The notes under the pieces: model-generated
Told to the model about the DNA's origin: nothing
The model's input: the letters and a program-made list of their open reading frames with translations, nothing else
Databases searched by the model: none
Source of the DNA: Pseudomonadota bacterium
GTDB lineage: Bacteria > Pseudomonadota > Gammaproteobacteria > Burkholderiales > Burkholderiaceae_D
Direction: 5' to 3'
NCBI GenBank assembly: GCA_040390485.1
Contig: JAZJYH010000044.1
Span: 698 to 64,697, forward strand
DNA: 64,000 bases
Shown here: positions 10,430-21,083 of the stretch, piece by piece
How positions within the stretch are numbered: position 1 is the first letter of the stretch
Layout: each line of letters starts with the position of its first letter
Position numbers and translations under genes: made by a program

Positions 10430-12316
10430 CTACTTCCACTCGCCTCGCAAGGCCTTGACTTTTTCCTGCAATATTTCAGGCGTCACCTGGATAGGCTGCA
10501 GCGACTCCCCGGCGACCAGCTCCAGCTTGGAAAAAGGGCCGCGGCGGAACGAACGTTCAAAAGGATTACCCTTTTCCCGCGTCAGGAAACTGCCCCACAG
10601 GCCGCGCAGGGCCAGGGGAATGACAGGCACCGGCGAACGCTCTATGATCTTCATCACGCCGCCCTTGAATTCATTGATTTCACCGGTCGCGGTCAGTTTC
10701 CCCTCCGGGAAAATGCATACCAGCTCACCTTCGTGCAAGGCCTGCGCTATGTCGATATAGGCTTTCTCCATCAGCCACGGGTCTTCCTTGGCCGGTGCGA
10801 TAGGAATCGCCTTGGCCGTCCTGAAGATCCAGGACAGGAACGGGATTTTGAATATCCTGTGGTCCATCACAAAGCGTATCGGGCGCGGGCTGGACCCCAT
10901 GATGACGATCGCATCCATATAACTGACATGATTGCACACCAGTACCGCCGGCCCGCTTTCCGGGATGCGCTCGGTATTCACTCCCCTGACCCTGTGTATC
11001 GTATGGATCACCAGCCAGGCGATAAAGCGCATCAGGAATTCGGGCACCAGGCTGAAGATATAGATCGCCACCACCGCGTTCAGCACGGCGGTCGCCATGA
11101 AGATTTGCGGTATCGTAAAGTTCATTTTCAGCATGGCGATAGCAAAACCGGTCGCCACCACCATGAACAAGGCATTCATGATGTTCATGCCGGCGATCGT
11201 GCGCGACAAATGCTTGGGGTCGCAACGTGTCTGTATCAACGCGAACAGCGGCACGATGTACAAGCCGCCAAAGATGCCTATCAGTACGATATCAAGCAAT
11301 ACCCGGCCGCTGCCGGCCTGCTGCCAAAATAGCAGCCAGTCCACCGCCGCCGTACCGGCATACGCTTCGCTGGCCAGGTACAGGTCGAAACCGAATAGCG
11401 ACAGGCCGATAGAGCCGAAAGGCACCAGGCCGATTTCCACCTTGTGACCGGACAGCCGCTCGCACAGCAACGAGCCGGCCCCTATGCCAAACGAAAAAAC
11501 GGTCAGCAGCAGCACGAAGACGCTATGGTCGCCATGCAAATAATTTTTCGCATAGACCGGGAACTGGGCCAATACGATGGCGCCGTAGAACCAGAACCAG
11601 GAATTGCCCAGCAAGGACAGGAAGACCGGCCGGTTCTTGCTGCTGAAGCTGATATTCCTGACGGTTTCGGTCGCCGGGTTCCAGTTGATCTTCAGTTCAG
11701 GTGCTGCCGCCGGCGACAAGGGTATGCGCAGGCTGGTGATCCAGCCCAGCACCGCAATTGCCAGCGTGCCGCCGGCCACCAGTTCTATGCCCCAGGGCTT
11801 GTGCACCACCAGTACCGCGCCCAGGATCTCGCCCAGCAGGATGCCGACAAAGGTGCCCATTTCGATGACGCCGTTGCCGCCGACCAGTTCTTCGGTTTTC
11901 AGGTGCTGCGGCAGATACGCATACTTGACCGGGCCGAACAGCGTGGAGTGTATGCCCATGCCGGCCACCGCGCCTATCAGCAGCCATAAATTGTGCGTCA
12001 TCCAGCCGGCGCCGGCGATCAGCATGATCACAATTTCCAGCAGCTTCACATTGCGTGCCAGCGCGCCCTTCTCAAACTTGTCCGCCAATTGCCCCGAGGT
12101 CGCGGAAAACAGCAGGAAAGGCAGGATGAACAGGCCGGGTATCAGGTTATTCAGCAAACCGATGTCGACATCGGTCCAATGCGCCGCGTCATAGGTCAAG
12201 ATGGTCAACAGGGCTGTCTTGAACACATTATCGTTAAATGCGCCAAGAAACTGGGTCCAAAAGAAGGGGGCAAAACGACGCTGGGCAAGCAGGCTGAACT
12301 GGCTTTGTTGGCTCAT
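10430..12316 (-). CDS. MFS transporter fused to PlsC-type acyltransferase (LplT/Aas-like)
   Basis: N-terminal FWTQFLGAFNDNVFK with many TM helices; C-terminal acyltransferase motifs CNHVSYMD and FPEG. Confidence 0.9.
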   Translation of the reverse strand: MSQQSQFSLLAQRRFAPFFWTQFLGAFNDNVFKTALLTILTYDAAHWTDVDIGLLNNLIPGLFILPFLLFSATSGQLADKFEKGALARNVKLLEIVIMLIAGAGWMTHNLWLLIGAVAGMGIHSTLFGPVKYAYLPQHLKTEELVGGNGVIEMGTFVGILLGEILGAVLVVHKPWGIELVAGGTLAIAVLGWITSLRIPLSPAAAPELKINWNPATETVRNISFSSKNRPVFLSLLGNSWFWFYGAIVLAQFPVYAKNYLHGDHSVFVLLLTVFSFGIGAGSLLCERLSGHKVEIGLVPFGSIGLSLFGFDLYLASEAYAGTAAVDWLLFWQQAGSGRVLLDIVLIGIFGGLYIVPLFALIQTRCDPKHLSRTIAGMNIMNALFMVVATGFAIAMLKMNFTIPQIFMATAVLNAVVAIYIFSLVPEFLMRFIAWLVIHTIHRVRGVNTERIPESGPAVLVCNHVSYMDAIVIMGSSPRPIRFVMDHRIFKIPFLSWIFRTAKAIPIAPAKEDPWLMEKAYIDIAQALHEGELVCIFPEGKLTATGEINEFKGGVMKIIERSPVPVIPLALRGLWGSFLTREKGNPFERSFRRGPFSKLELVAGESLQPIQVTPEILQEKVKALRGEWK

Positions 12317-12456
12317 AATGATGGAATCTGGGATTAATGTGCTTAATGCACTAATGTACGCTAAGAAAACTGGATATTGGCATGCTTACGTCATATCGCG
12401 ACAGCGCAGGGAGCAATATCCAACATTTTTGTACATTTGCCAAGCTTGAAATGCAA

Positions 12457-12488
12457 AACCGCACAACTCTAGTCAGAGTCGTGCGGTT
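12457..12488 (-). terminator. Stem-loop after lolD, probable intrinsic terminator
   Basis: AACCGCAC-AACTCT / AGAGTC-GTGCGGTT inverted repeat, followed on the minus strand by a T-rich run. Confidence 0.55.
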
Positions 12489-12532
12489 ATAGTTTTGCGC
12501 AGCACGCCACCAATCAAGCGCTCCTCAAGCGC

Positions 12533-13216
12533 TCATTCAGGCGGCAGCAGGCCCTGGTCCGACAGGCGCAGTATGCGGTCGCAGCGCCCGGCCAGTTCGG
12601 CATCGTGCGTCACAATCACAAAGGCGGTGCCCAGGGTGCGCGACAATTCCAGCATCAGGTCGAAGATCTGCTGCGCAGTGCCGCGGTCCAGGTTGCCGGT
12701 GGGTTCGTCCGCCAGTACGCATGCGGGTTGCGTCACCAGGGCCCTGGCCAGCGCCACCCTTTGCCGCTCGCCGCCGGAGAGTTCGCCCGGCACGTGCGTG
12801 ACCCTGTCATCCAGGCCTACCCGCGCCAGGATGGCGCGCGCGGTTTCGCGGGCCTGGCTGCGCGGTACGCGGCGTATCATCAAAGGCATGGCGACATTGT
12901 CCAGCGCAGAAAACTCGGGCAACAAGTGATGGAACTGGTACACAAAGCCCAGCGCAAGATTGCGCAAATCGCCGCGCGCCGCTTCGCCCAGGCTGGCAAA
13001 ATCCTTGCCCTGCAGGACGACCTGGCCGGTGGTCGGCGTATCCAGGCCGCCCAGCAAGTGCAGCAAGGTCGATTTGCCCGAGCCGGAAGCGCCCACGATA
13101 GCCAGGCGCTCGCCTTGGTTGACTGCCAGGGCGATCGCGGTCAACACCTTGACCGAATACTCGCCCTGGGTAAAGGTCTTGCCGAGATTAGTGCAGGAAA
13201 GTACAAGCTTACTCAT
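12533..13216 (-). CDS. lolD: Lipoprotein-releasing ABC transporter ATP-binding protein
   Basis: Walker [46 protein letters not shown]; ATG at 13216 overlaps the lolC stop. Confidence 0.95.
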   Translation of the reverse strand: MSKLVLSCTNLGKTFTQGEYSVKVLTAIALAVNQGERLAIVGASGSGKSTLLHLLGGLDTPTTGQVVLQGKDFASLGEAARGDLRNLALGFVYQFHHLLPEFSALDNVAMPLMIRRVPRSQARETARAILARVGLDDRVTHVPGELSGGERQRVALARALVTQPACVLADEPTGNLDRGTAQQIFDLMLELSRTLGTAFVIVTHDAELAGRCDRILRLSDQGLLPPE

Positions 13217-14465
13217 AACGCAGGGCCTCCGCCGGTTTGACGCGGGCCGCATGCCAGCTAGGGTAAATCGTCGCCAGGAAGGCCAACACCACGGCGACGC
13301 CGCCGATGAAGCCGACGTCGGACCAGTGCAGGTCGGAAGGCAGGGAGCTGATCACATAGATTTCCTTTGCCAGGAAATGTATGCCCAGCAGGCGCTCAAT
13401 GAAGGGCACGATCACATCAATATTCAGGGCCACCAGCACGCCGCCGCCGACGCCCAGAGCTGTGCCCAGCAAACCCACCAAAGCCCCTTGTATCATGAAA
13501 ATTTTCATGATGGAGCGCGGTGACGCCCCCAGGGTGCGCAGGATGGCGATATCCGCCTGCTTGTCGGTCACGGTCATGACCAGCGTCGATACCAGGTTAA
13601 AGGCAGCCACCGCGATGATCAGGGTCAGGATGATGAACATCATGGTTTTTTCAGATTTGACCGCTGCAAAATAGATGCGGTTGGTGTCGGACCAATTGCT
13701 GATATACAGGTTCCCTTGCAGGGTCTGCGACAGTTCGCGCGCTACCTGGGGCGCCCGCAGCATATCGGTGATGCGCAAGCGCAAGCCCGAAGGGCCGGAC
13801 AGGCGCATCAATTTTTGCGCATCTTCTATCTGTATGAAGGCCAGGCCTGAATCGAACTCGTAGTGCCCGGCCTCGAAGATGCCGACCACGGTAAAGGTCT
13901 TCGGGCGCGGGATGAAACCAAACGGCGTGGTCTGTTCCTGCGGCACCAGCAAGTTCACCTTGCTACCCAGGTTGACGTGCATGATCCTGGCCAATTCCTT
14001 GCCGAGTACGATATTGAATTCGCCCGCCCTCAGGTCGGAAAATTTACCGCTAATCATCTTCTTGGCGACGTCCGACACCTTGGGCTCCTGCTCCGGCAAG
14101 ACCCCGCGCAAGACCACGCCGCGCATCGCCTCATCGTGCAGCATGATGGATTGCGCTTCGACATACGGCGCCGCCCCCCGGACTTCCTGGTTCTGTTGCG
14201 CCTGCAGCGCCACGTCCTGCCAGTTCGGCATGGAGCCGGAACCGTCCGATATCTCTATATGCGACAGCACCGACAGCATGCGGTCGCGCACTTCCTTTTG
14301 GAAGCCGTTCATCACCGACAGCACCACGATCAGCGCCGCCACACCGAGCGCGATGCCGGCCATGGAGATCAGTGAAATAAAGGAAATAAAGCTATTGCGA
14401 CCGCTACGTCGCCCTGCCCGCGTATACCGCAAGCCTACCAGCCACTCAAAGGGCAAATTTTTCAT
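13209..14465 (-). CDS. lolC: Lipoprotein-releasing ABC transporter permease LolC/E
   Basis: [67 protein letters not shown]. Confidence 0.93.
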   Translation of the reverse strand: MKNLPFEWLVGLRYTRAGRRSGRNSFISFISLISMAGIALGVAALIVVLSVMNGFQKEVRDRMLSVLSHIEISDGSGSMPNWQDVALQAQQNQEVRGAAPYVEAQSIMLHDEAMRGVVLRGVLPEQEPKVSDVAKKMISGKFSDLRAGEFNIVLGKELARIMHVNLGSKVNLLVPQEQTTPFGFIPRPKTFTVVGIFEAGHYEFDSGLAFIQIEDAQKLMRLSGPSGLRLRITDMLRAPQVARELSQTLQGNLYISNWSDTNRIYFAAVKSEKTMMFIILTLIIAVAAFNLVSTLVMTVTDKQADIAILRTLGASPRSIMKIFMIQGALVGLLGTALGVGGGVLVALNIDVIVPFIERLLGIHFLAKEIYVISSLPSDLHWSDVGFIGGVAVVLAFLATIYPSWHAARVKPAEALRYE

Positions 14466-14633
14466 TACCTGTTTTTATCCATTTTTTAATGCAGCACGCA
14501 GTTTGCCATACTCGCGCCTGACTCGTGCCATTTCGTAGGCTTTCATGAAATTTCGTGCCATACGCCCAGCGGCATTGTACAGAAAACCGCGCGGACTTTT
14601 ATGTGCGGACGCTCACCGACGCAGCCAAGTGGC

Positions 14634-15560
14634 CTATATTCCCGCTCCCGGCACAGTCCGCATTAAATGGTCCAGCACCCCCGGCTGCCGCATGCGATTG
14701 ATCCACCAGCTCAAGGCAGCGCCGTTTTCACCGGTACGCCAGGCCAAAAAGACTGGTTCGTCGGTGCGCGGCTCTTCCACCTGTTTCTGTATCAGCGCGC
14801 CGGAAGCCAGTGCACTGCGCGCGCAAGCTTCGGGCAAGAAGCCGAAACCGAGGCCAGCCAGCTGGAATAAATATTTGCTGCGCATGTCGGGTATGGTCAA
14901 CACGTCCTGGCCGAATAGCAGGCCCACCGTGCGCGGCCGCATGGTGCGGGCAGAATCCGCCACCACCACCGCGCGGTAAGGATGCAAATCGGCCTTGCCC
15001 AGGGGTCGATCTATGCCGGCCAGCGGATGGGACGGCGCCACCGCAAACACGAAGGGGATGGCGCCTAGCGGCACAGCATTGTAGCCGCCGCCGGACGGCC
15101 CCTCGCCGACCGCGCCTATCAGCAAGTCCACCCGGCGGTCGGACAAGGCCTCCCAGGTGCCAGACAAGGCGTCCTGGCCTATTTTCAAGCGGGTGCGGTC
15201 GGCCGCCCCATAGAAGGCGCGGATATCGTCGGCCAGCGACACCGGGGAGAACAGCGAATCCATGCCCAGTGCCAGTTCCGTCTCCCAGCCGGACGCCACC
15301 CGGCGCACCCGGTGCTCCAGATCCTCGGCGGCTTTCAGCAAATATCGCCCTTCCTTCAGCAATTCCTGCCCCGCCCTGGTCAGGCTGACCTTGGGGCCGT
15401 TGCGGTCAAACACCTGCACTCCAAGATCGTCTTCCAGCTTGGAGACAGTGTAGGAAATCGTCGATGGCACCCGGTGCAATTCATTGCCGGCAGCAGAAAA
15501 AGAGCCGCGGCGATCTATCGCATCCAGGATTTGCAGGGCATCCAGGCTGATTCTTAGCAT
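14634..15560 (-). CDS. LysR-family transcriptional regulator (YhaJ-like)
   Basis: HTH LDALQILDAIDRRGSFSAAGNELHRVPSTISYTVSKLEDDLG; divergent from pirin; start placed at ATG 15560 (MLRISLD). Confidence 0.9.
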   Translation of the reverse strand: MLRISLDALQILDAIDRRGSFSAAGNELHRVPSTISYTVSKLEDDLGVQVFDRNGPKVSLTRAGQELLKEGRYLLKAAEDLEHRVRRVASGWETELALGMDSLFSPVSLADDIRAFYGAADRTRLKIGQDALSGTWEALSDRRVDLLIGAVGEGPSGGGYNAVPLGAIPFVFAVAPSHPLAGIDRPLGKADLHPYRAVVVADSARTMRPRTVGLLFGQDVLTIPDMRSKYLFQLAGLGFGFLPEACARSALASGALIQKQVEEPRTDEPVFLAWRTGENGAALSWWINRMRQPGVLDHLMRTVPGAGI

Positions 15561-15625
15561 TCGATTTTTTCGATAATAAGACTGTAAATTTTCCGTTTTT
15601 CTTAGAAACGGAATGCGCGCATACT
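15560..15625 (+). promoter_or_regulatory. Putative LysR operator plus promoter of pirin-azoR
   Basis: T-N11-A dyad TCGA-TTTTT-TCGA at 15561-15573 beside the LysR start codon; -10-like CATACT at 15620-15625; near-identical copy at 17951-18016. Confidence 0.6.
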
Positions 15626-15837
15626 TCAATCCGTTGATGCAAGTCGGCGAACAAGCCCCATAAATTCAAGACTTTTAGCCTTAAAGACTAACCTCCCAAC
15701 TGCAAGCAACTATCGAAATTATCGCACATTACGAATTTCCGATGCTAGCAAGGGAGCAATTTATTAAATTAGCAAGTAAACCCAGTGCGCAGCAAGCAAA
15801 CAAGCTTGCCCTGCACTTAGCGAGAATGGAGCACATC

Positions 15838-16539
15838 ATGTTAGAAGTTCGCAAAAGCACAGAGCGCGGAGTCGCCAACCACGGATGGCTGAACTCCAAT
15901 CACAGCTTCTCCTTCGGCCACTATCACGACCCGCTGCACACCGGTTTCGGCCCGCTGCTGGTCATCAATGAAGACCGCGTGGAATCCAGCCGCGGCTTTG
16001 GCACCCACGGCCACCGCGACATGGAGATCATTTCCTATGTACTGGAAGGCGCGCTGGAACACAAGGACAGCATGGGCACAGGCTCGGTGCTGCACTACGG
16101 CGACGTGCAGCGCATGAGCGCGGGCACAGGCGTGCGTCATAGCGAGTTCAATCACTCGGCAAGCGATGGCCTGCACTTCCTGCAAATCTGGATAGAACCC
16201 AATGTCAAAGGTATTCCGCCCAGCTATGAAGAGAAGCATTTTGCACCCGAAACCAAGCAGGGGCAGTTGCGCCTGATTGCATCCTCGGACGGCCGCCAGG
16301 ACTCTGTGCTGATACACCAGGATGCGAGCATCTACGCATCGATACTGAATGGCCAGGACCAACTGGAACATGCGCTGTCAGCAGGCCGCACCGCCTATAT
16401 CCACGTGATACGCGGCAAGGTCGTGGTCAACGGCGTCAGCCTGGGCGGCGGCGATGCCTTGAAAGTCAGCAAGGAAAACCTGGTTACTTTAAAGCAGGCT
16501 GAGGCAGCAGAAATTTTATTGTTCGACTTGCCTTATTAA
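15838..16539 (+). CDS. Pirin family protein (YhhW-like cupin)
   Basis: HSFSF, FGTHGHRDMEIISYVLEG, MSAGTGVRHSEFN, LQIW; RBS GGAG before ATG 15838. Confidence 0.93.
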   Translation: MLEVRKSTERGVANHGWLNSNHSFSFGHYHDPLHTGFGPLLVINEDRVESSRGFGTHGHRDMEIISYVLEGALEHKDSMGTGSVLHYGDVQRMSAGTGVRHSEFNHSASDGLHFLQIWIEPNVKGIPPSYEEKHFAPETKQGQLRLIASSDGRQDSVLIHQDASIYASILNGQDQLEHALSAGRTAYIHVIRGKVVVNGVSLGGGDALKVSKENLVTLKQAEAAEILLFDLPY

Positions 16540-16616
16540 TTCCCTCACTCGAACCTCCACCTCCAGCCGTCTTGCGCAAGCCGCGCAAGGCGGCATCTAT
16601 TCCCAAGGACCCTACC

Positions 16617-17231
16617 GTGTCAAAAATTCTTCATATCAATAGCAGCGTGCGCAGCACCGGCTCCATCTCGCGTCAACTGAGCAGCGAATTCCTGAACAGG
16701 TGGCAGGCGACCCATCCGTCCGACGTCATTAGCGAACTGGATCTGGCGAGCAATCCGGTACCGCACCTGAGCGAGCAGATGATGGGCGCATTTTTTACGC
16801 CGGCAGAACAACGCACTGCGGAACAAGCCCAGACTGTCGCCATATCGGACAAGCTGGTGGCCCAGTTACTGGAAGCGGACATCATCGTCATCGGCGCGCC
16901 GATGTACAATTTCTCGATCAGCTCCGGCCTCAAAGCCTGGATAGACCATATCGCCCGCGTCGGAATGACCTTCAAATACACCGAGACCGGCCCAGTTGGA
17001 CTGGTCAGCGGCAAGAAAGTATATGTCTTCACCTCCCGTGGCGGCGTATATAGCGAAGGCCCGGCCAAGGCCATGGATTTCCATGAAACCTACCTGCGCG
17101 CGGTGCTGGGCTTCATCGGCATCACCGATATCCAGTTCATCCATACAGAAGGCGTGGCCATGGGTGAAGAGGCCACGGCAAAAGCGTTGCTGGCGTCGCG
17201 CAATACGATTAGCGACCTGCTGGCTGCCTGA
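16617..17231 (+). CDS. azoR: FMN-dependent NADH-azoreductase
   Basis: ILHINSSVR, IVIGAPMYNFSI, LKAWIDHIAR, SRGGVY; GTG start after AAGGA. Confidence 0.92.
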   Translation: MSKILHINSSVRSTGSISRQLSSEFLNRWQATHPSDVISELDLASNPVPHLSEQMMGAFFTPAEQRTAEQAQTVAISDKLVAQLLEADIIVIGAPMYNFSISSGLKAWIDHIARVGMTFKYTETGPVGLVSGKKVYVFTSRGGVYSEGPAKAMDFHETYLRAVLGFIGITDIQFIHTEGVAMGEEATAKALLASRNTISDLLAA

Positions 17232-17260
17232 TGCCATAGATAAGCGTTCCGCCACATGCC

Positions 17261-17284
17261 CCGGATGCGCTACGGCGCATCCGG
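17261..17284. repeat. Perfect GC-rich hairpin after azoR (REP-like or mRNA 3' stabiliser)
   Basis: CCGGATGCGC-TACG-GCGCATCCGG, 10-bp stem, no U-tract. Confidence 0.55.
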
Positions 17285-17612
17285 AGCAATCCGCACAGAG
17301 CCAGCCCCGGCTCTAGCTTCCACACTTCCCGCCCAGTCCAGTCCTATGGGGCCTTCGCATATTCACACGGCCTTACCTGCCCCTGCTCCCGGCACACTTC
17401 TCTGCCTGCATGCCATACATTTTTTCAATGCGAATTAAAGGCCACCCAGGCCTGCTCACTTTTTCAGCACCGTAAATCATCGCCGTGCCGGAGCCCCATA
17501 CCAGCCTACAGCCCTTTAATTTGGCATGATGAGCCACGCTCTCCGAAGCATTCCTACCTGCCCTACCGCCATCAATTCAGCTTACAAAGACAGCAATGAG
17601 GTACTAGAATCT

Positions 17613-17804
17613 TTATTGAGAAAAGTACAGACTTCCCTCAAATACGCTGGCGCGGCGGTTGTCCGCCAGCCGCTTGTGCACGACCCGAGGCTCGATGCAA
17701 GCTCGCTGGCGCTGCTGCAACGGTCTACACAGGCCCACCCGTTCGACAATCGCCTCCTTGAATTCGGACGAATATCGGGGTTCGATCTTTTCATTTTTTG
17801 CCAT
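17613..17804 (-). pseudogene. Degenerate IS3-type OrfA / HTH_Tnp_1 helix-turn-helix remnant
   Basis: MAKNEKIEPRYSSEFKEAIVERV resembles the RYSxEFKxEAVxxV start of HTH_Tnp_1; two compensating 1-nt shifts restore ..QQ-ASEL(G)IEPRVVHK. Confidence 0.4.
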
Positions 17805-17950
17805 CCAAAAATAACACCAGCTTTACTTCATCTGCAGGGAACAAAGTCTCCAGGGAGGTTCACTCAGCAAGCAACTATTCCGTCCTACCAGGGCAGAAAA
17901 TCAGCAGGAGCCGCAAATGAAAGCGACGTGAATTCGTGGGATTTTATATA

Positions 17951-18016
17951 TTCGAAAATTTCGATAATAAAAACGTAAATTTTCCGTTTTTCTTTCTTAA
18001 AGAATACATCCATACT
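17951..18016 (+). promoter_or_regulatory. Second copy of the LysR operator/promoter, upstream of the ycaC operon
   Basis: TCGA-AAATT-TCGA dyad at 17952-17964; 50/66 ungapped identity to 15560-15625 by manual count; CATACT at 18011-18016. Confidence 0.6.
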
Positions 18017-18187
18017 GTGTTTCATCGGTTCAGAACACAATTAACCCAGCAAATATTTGAAAAGATGCCTTATATACAAACATCGAAAATATTGCACCTG
18101 AATTGATAGCAAGAAGTAGGAACACCTCGTTTAGCCGTACCGAAGTTCAAATCCACCGCTAAAATTTTTCACTCACAGGAGCACACC

Positions 18188-18841
18188 ATGCCAATCGCCA
18201 AAGCCCAACCAGGTAAGACCTTACTCGACAACAAGAACCACACCCTGATCATGATCGATCACCAATCGCAGATGGCCTTTGCCACCAAGTCGATCGACGC
18301 CGTCTTGCTGCGCAACAATGCCGCGCTGGTCGCCAAGGCCGCCCGCGAGTTCAAGGTCCCCACGATCCTGACCACGGTCGCCGAAAAAACCTTCTCCGGC
18401 CCGATTTTTGACGAAATCAAATCGGTGTTCCCGAACGAAGTCATCATCGACCGCACCACGATGAACACCTGGGAAGACGGCCGCATCTCTGAAAGAGTCA
18501 ATGCCGCCGGCAAGGACAAGATCGTGCTGGCCGGTTTGTGGACCTCGGTCTGCATCGTCGGTCCTGCGCTGTCCGCCATTGACCAGGGTTTTGAAGTGTA
18601 TGTCATCGCCGACGCTTGCGGCGACGTCTCCGACGAAGCCCACCAGCGCGCGATGGAACGCATGATACAAGCCGGCGCCCGCCCCATGACCTCGTTGCAA
18701 TACCTGCTGGAACTGCAACGCGACTGGGCCCGCACCGATACCTATGTCGAGACCACCACCACGGCAGCTCTGCATGGCGGCGGCTACGGCCTGGGCATTA
18801 TCTATGCCAAAACCATGTTCAACGCATCCGAAGGCCATTAA
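18188..18841 (+). CDS. ycaC: YcaC-like isochorismatase-family cysteine hydrolase
   Basis: LIMIDHQ, RTTMNTWED, AGLWTSVCIV (nucleophile Cys), LLELQRDWAR; RBS CAGGAG. Confidence 0.88.
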   Translation: MPIAKAQPGKTLLDNKNHTLIMIDHQSQMAFATKSIDAVLLRNNAALVAKAAREFKVPTILTTVAEKTFSGPIFDEIKSVFPNEVIIDRTTMNTWEDGRISERVNAAGKDKIVLAGLWTSVCIVGPALSAIDQGFEVYVIADACGDVSDEAHQRAMERMIQAGARPMTSLQYLLELQRDWARTDTYVETTTTAALHGGGYGLGIIYAKTMFNASEGH

Positions 18842-18986
18842 TCGGGCATAGGCGCCGGCATAGGAACTGGCAGCCCGCCACCATCACGGGGGCTGCCAAA
18901 ATGGAATTCATCGGCAAGCTGCACGACGAGGCTATTTGCCAATGCATTCGAACATCGAAAACGACACAAAAATCCAGGAGCACAGC

Positions 18987-20843
18987 ATGGCAGCAGACAC
19001 CATCCTCTATAACGGCCGCTTCCACACCGTCAACCGCAGCCAGCCGCTGGCCGACGCCGTGGCGATCCAGGACGGCAAGTTCCTCGCGGTCGGCGACATG
19101 GAAGACGTGTTGCAGCATCAAACCGCCACCACCAAAATGATAGACCTGCAGGGCCGCACCGTGATTCCCGGCTTGAACGACTCGCACATCCACCTGATCC
19201 GCGGCGGCCTGAATTACAACCTGGAGCTGCGCTGGGAAGGCGTGCCTTCGCTGGCCGACGCCCTGCGCATGCTGAAGGAACAAGCCCTGCGCACCCCGAA
19301 TCCGCAATGGGTGCGCGTAGTCGGCGGCTGGACCGAATTCCAGTTCGCCGAAAAGCGCATGCCCACCCTGGATGAGATCAATGCCGCCGCGCCCGATACC
19401 CCGGTCTTCATCCTGCACCTGTATGACCGCGCGCTGCTCAATCGCGCCGCCTTGCGGGCGGTCGGCTACGACAAGGACACCCCCAATCCGCCCGGCGGCG
19501 AGATCCAGCGCGACGCCTCCGGCAACCCGACCGGCATGCTGATCGCCAGGCCGAATGCGATGATACTGTACGCCACGCTGGCCAAGGGCCCCAGGCTGCC
19601 GCTGGAACTGCAAGTCAATTCCACCCGCCAGTTCATGCGCGAGCTGAACCGGCTAGGCCTGACCAGCGCGATCGACGCTGGCGGCGGCTTCCAGAATTAC
19701 CCGGAAGACTATGCGATCATCGACCAGCTCGCCCAAGAAAATCAGTTGACCGTGCGCGTCGCCTACAACCTGTTCACCCAGAGGAAGGGCCAGGAGCTGG
19801 AAGACTTCCAGCAATGGACGAACATGGTCAAGCCCGGCGACGGCAGCGACTTTTACCGGCATAACGGGGCCGGCGAGATGCTGGTGTTTTCGGCGGCCGA
19901 CTTCGAGGACTTCCTGGAACCGCGCCCCGAACTGGCGGCCGGCATGGAAGACGAGCTGGAAAAAGTGGTGCGCCACCTGGTCAGCAATCGCTGGCCGTTC
20001 CGGCTGCACGCGACCTATGACGAATCGATCAGCCGCATGCTGGACGTGTTCGAAAAGGTGAACCGGGAGATCCCTTTCAACGGCCTGCACTGGATGTTCG
20101 ACCACGCGGAGACCATCTCGGTCCGCAATATAGAGCGGGTGCGCGAACTGGGCGGCGGCATTGCCATCCAGCACAGGATGGCCTTCCAGGGCGAGTATTT
20201 TGTGGAGCGCTATGGCGCCGAGGCGGCCAAGGCCACCCCGCCGATCGCCAGAATGCTGGACCTGGGGGTGCCGGTCGGGGCCGGCACCGACGCCACCCGG
20301 GTGGCCAGCTACAACCCCTGGACCGCCCTGTACTGGCTGGTGTCGGGCCGCACCGTCGGCGGGCTGCGCCTGTACGAAAGCAATGCCCGCCTGTCGCGCG
20401 ACACCGCGCTGGAGCTGTGGACCACGGGCAGCAGCTGGTTCTCCAATGAGCAGGGCAAGAAGGGCCAGATCAAGGTCGGCCAGCTGGCGGACCTGGCGGT
20501 CTTGTCGGCCGACTATTTCAAGGTCGACGAAGACAGCATCAAGTCCATAGTATCGGTGCTGACCATGGTGGACGGCCGCATCGTGTACGGCGCGGCAGAG
20601 TTCACGCCGCTGGCGCCGCCGGCCATTCCGGTGCTGCCGGACTGGTCGCCGGTGACCCAGGTGCCAGGGCATTACCGGGCTGTGCCCAATCAGCACAAGC
20701 AGCACAGCTTGCTGCCGCACCAGTGCATAGGCTCTTGCGGCGTGCACGGCCACGCGCATGACAGGGCCCGCCGGTCTTCAGTGCCGGTGTCGGATTTTTC
20801 CGGCTTCTGGGGCGCGCTAGGCTGCAGCTGCTTTGCTTTTTAA
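18987..20843 (+). CDS. Amidohydrolase 3 family (YtcJ-like) metallohydrolase
   Basis: VIPGLNDSHIHLIRGG, RLHATYD, FDHAE, GAGTDATRV, GQLADLAVLS; RBS CAGGAG; Cys/His-rich tail. Confidence 0.9.
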   Translation: MAADTILYNGRFHTVNRSQPLADAVAIQDGKFLAVGDMEDVLQHQTATTKMIDLQGRTVIPGLNDSHIHLIRGGLNYNLELRWEGVPSLADALRMLKEQALRTPNPQWVRVVGGWTEFQFAEKRMPTLDEINAAAPDTPVFILHLYDRALLNRAALRAVGYDKDTPNPPGGEIQRDASGNPTGMLIARPNAMILYATLAKGPRLPLELQVNSTRQFMRELNRLGLTSAIDAGGGFQNYPEDYAIIDQLAQENQLTVRVAYNLFTQRKGQELEDFQQWTNMVKPGDGSDFYRHNGAGEMLVFSAADFEDFLEPRPELAAGMEDELEKVVRHLVSNRWPFRLHATYDESISRMLDVFEKVNREIPFNGLHWMFDHAETISVRNIERVRELGGGIAIQHRMAFQGEYFVERYGAEAAKATPPIARMLDLGVPVGAGTDATRVASYNPWTALYWLVSGRTVGGLRLYESNARLSRDTALELWTTGSSWFSNEQGKKGQIKVGQLADLAVLSADYFKVDEDSIKSIVSVLTMVDGRIVYGAAEFTPLAPPAIPVLPDWSPVTQVPGHYRAVPNQHKQHSLLPHQCIGSCGVHGHAHDRARRSSVPVSDFSGFWGALGCSCFAF

Positions 20844-20856
20844 TGAGGAGTACATC

Positions 20857-21081
20857 GTGAATTATTCAAAAATCTTGCTGGGCTTGCTGCTGTCCTTCGT
20901 CACCGGCGTAGGCTGCCAGTTGCTGCACATTCCCGTGCCGTCGCCGCCGGTGCTGACCGGGGCCTTCCTGGTGCTGATGATGAGCGTCGGCTATTGGCTG
21001 GTGGACCGTTACTTCACCTCGCGTGCAGCGGCCAACAAGGCTTTTTGCGCCGGACATGCAATAGAAAAGGACAGGAAATAA
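20857..21081 (+). CDS. DUF1427/XapX-domain small membrane protein
   Basis: GLLLSFVTGVGCQLLHIPVPSPPVLTGAFLVLMMSVGY; GTG start after GAGGAG. Confidence 0.75.
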   Translation: MNYSKILLGLLLSFVTGVGCQLLHIPVPSPPVLTGAFLVLMMSVGYWLVDRYFTSRAAANKAFCAGHAIEKDRK

Positions 21082-21083
21082 TC

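Noticed and set aside
17526-17978. 150-aa plus-strand ORF between azoR and ycaC
   Set aside because: No recognisable motif, atypical composition, and it runs into the duplicated operator; the opposite-strand HTH remnant explains the region better.
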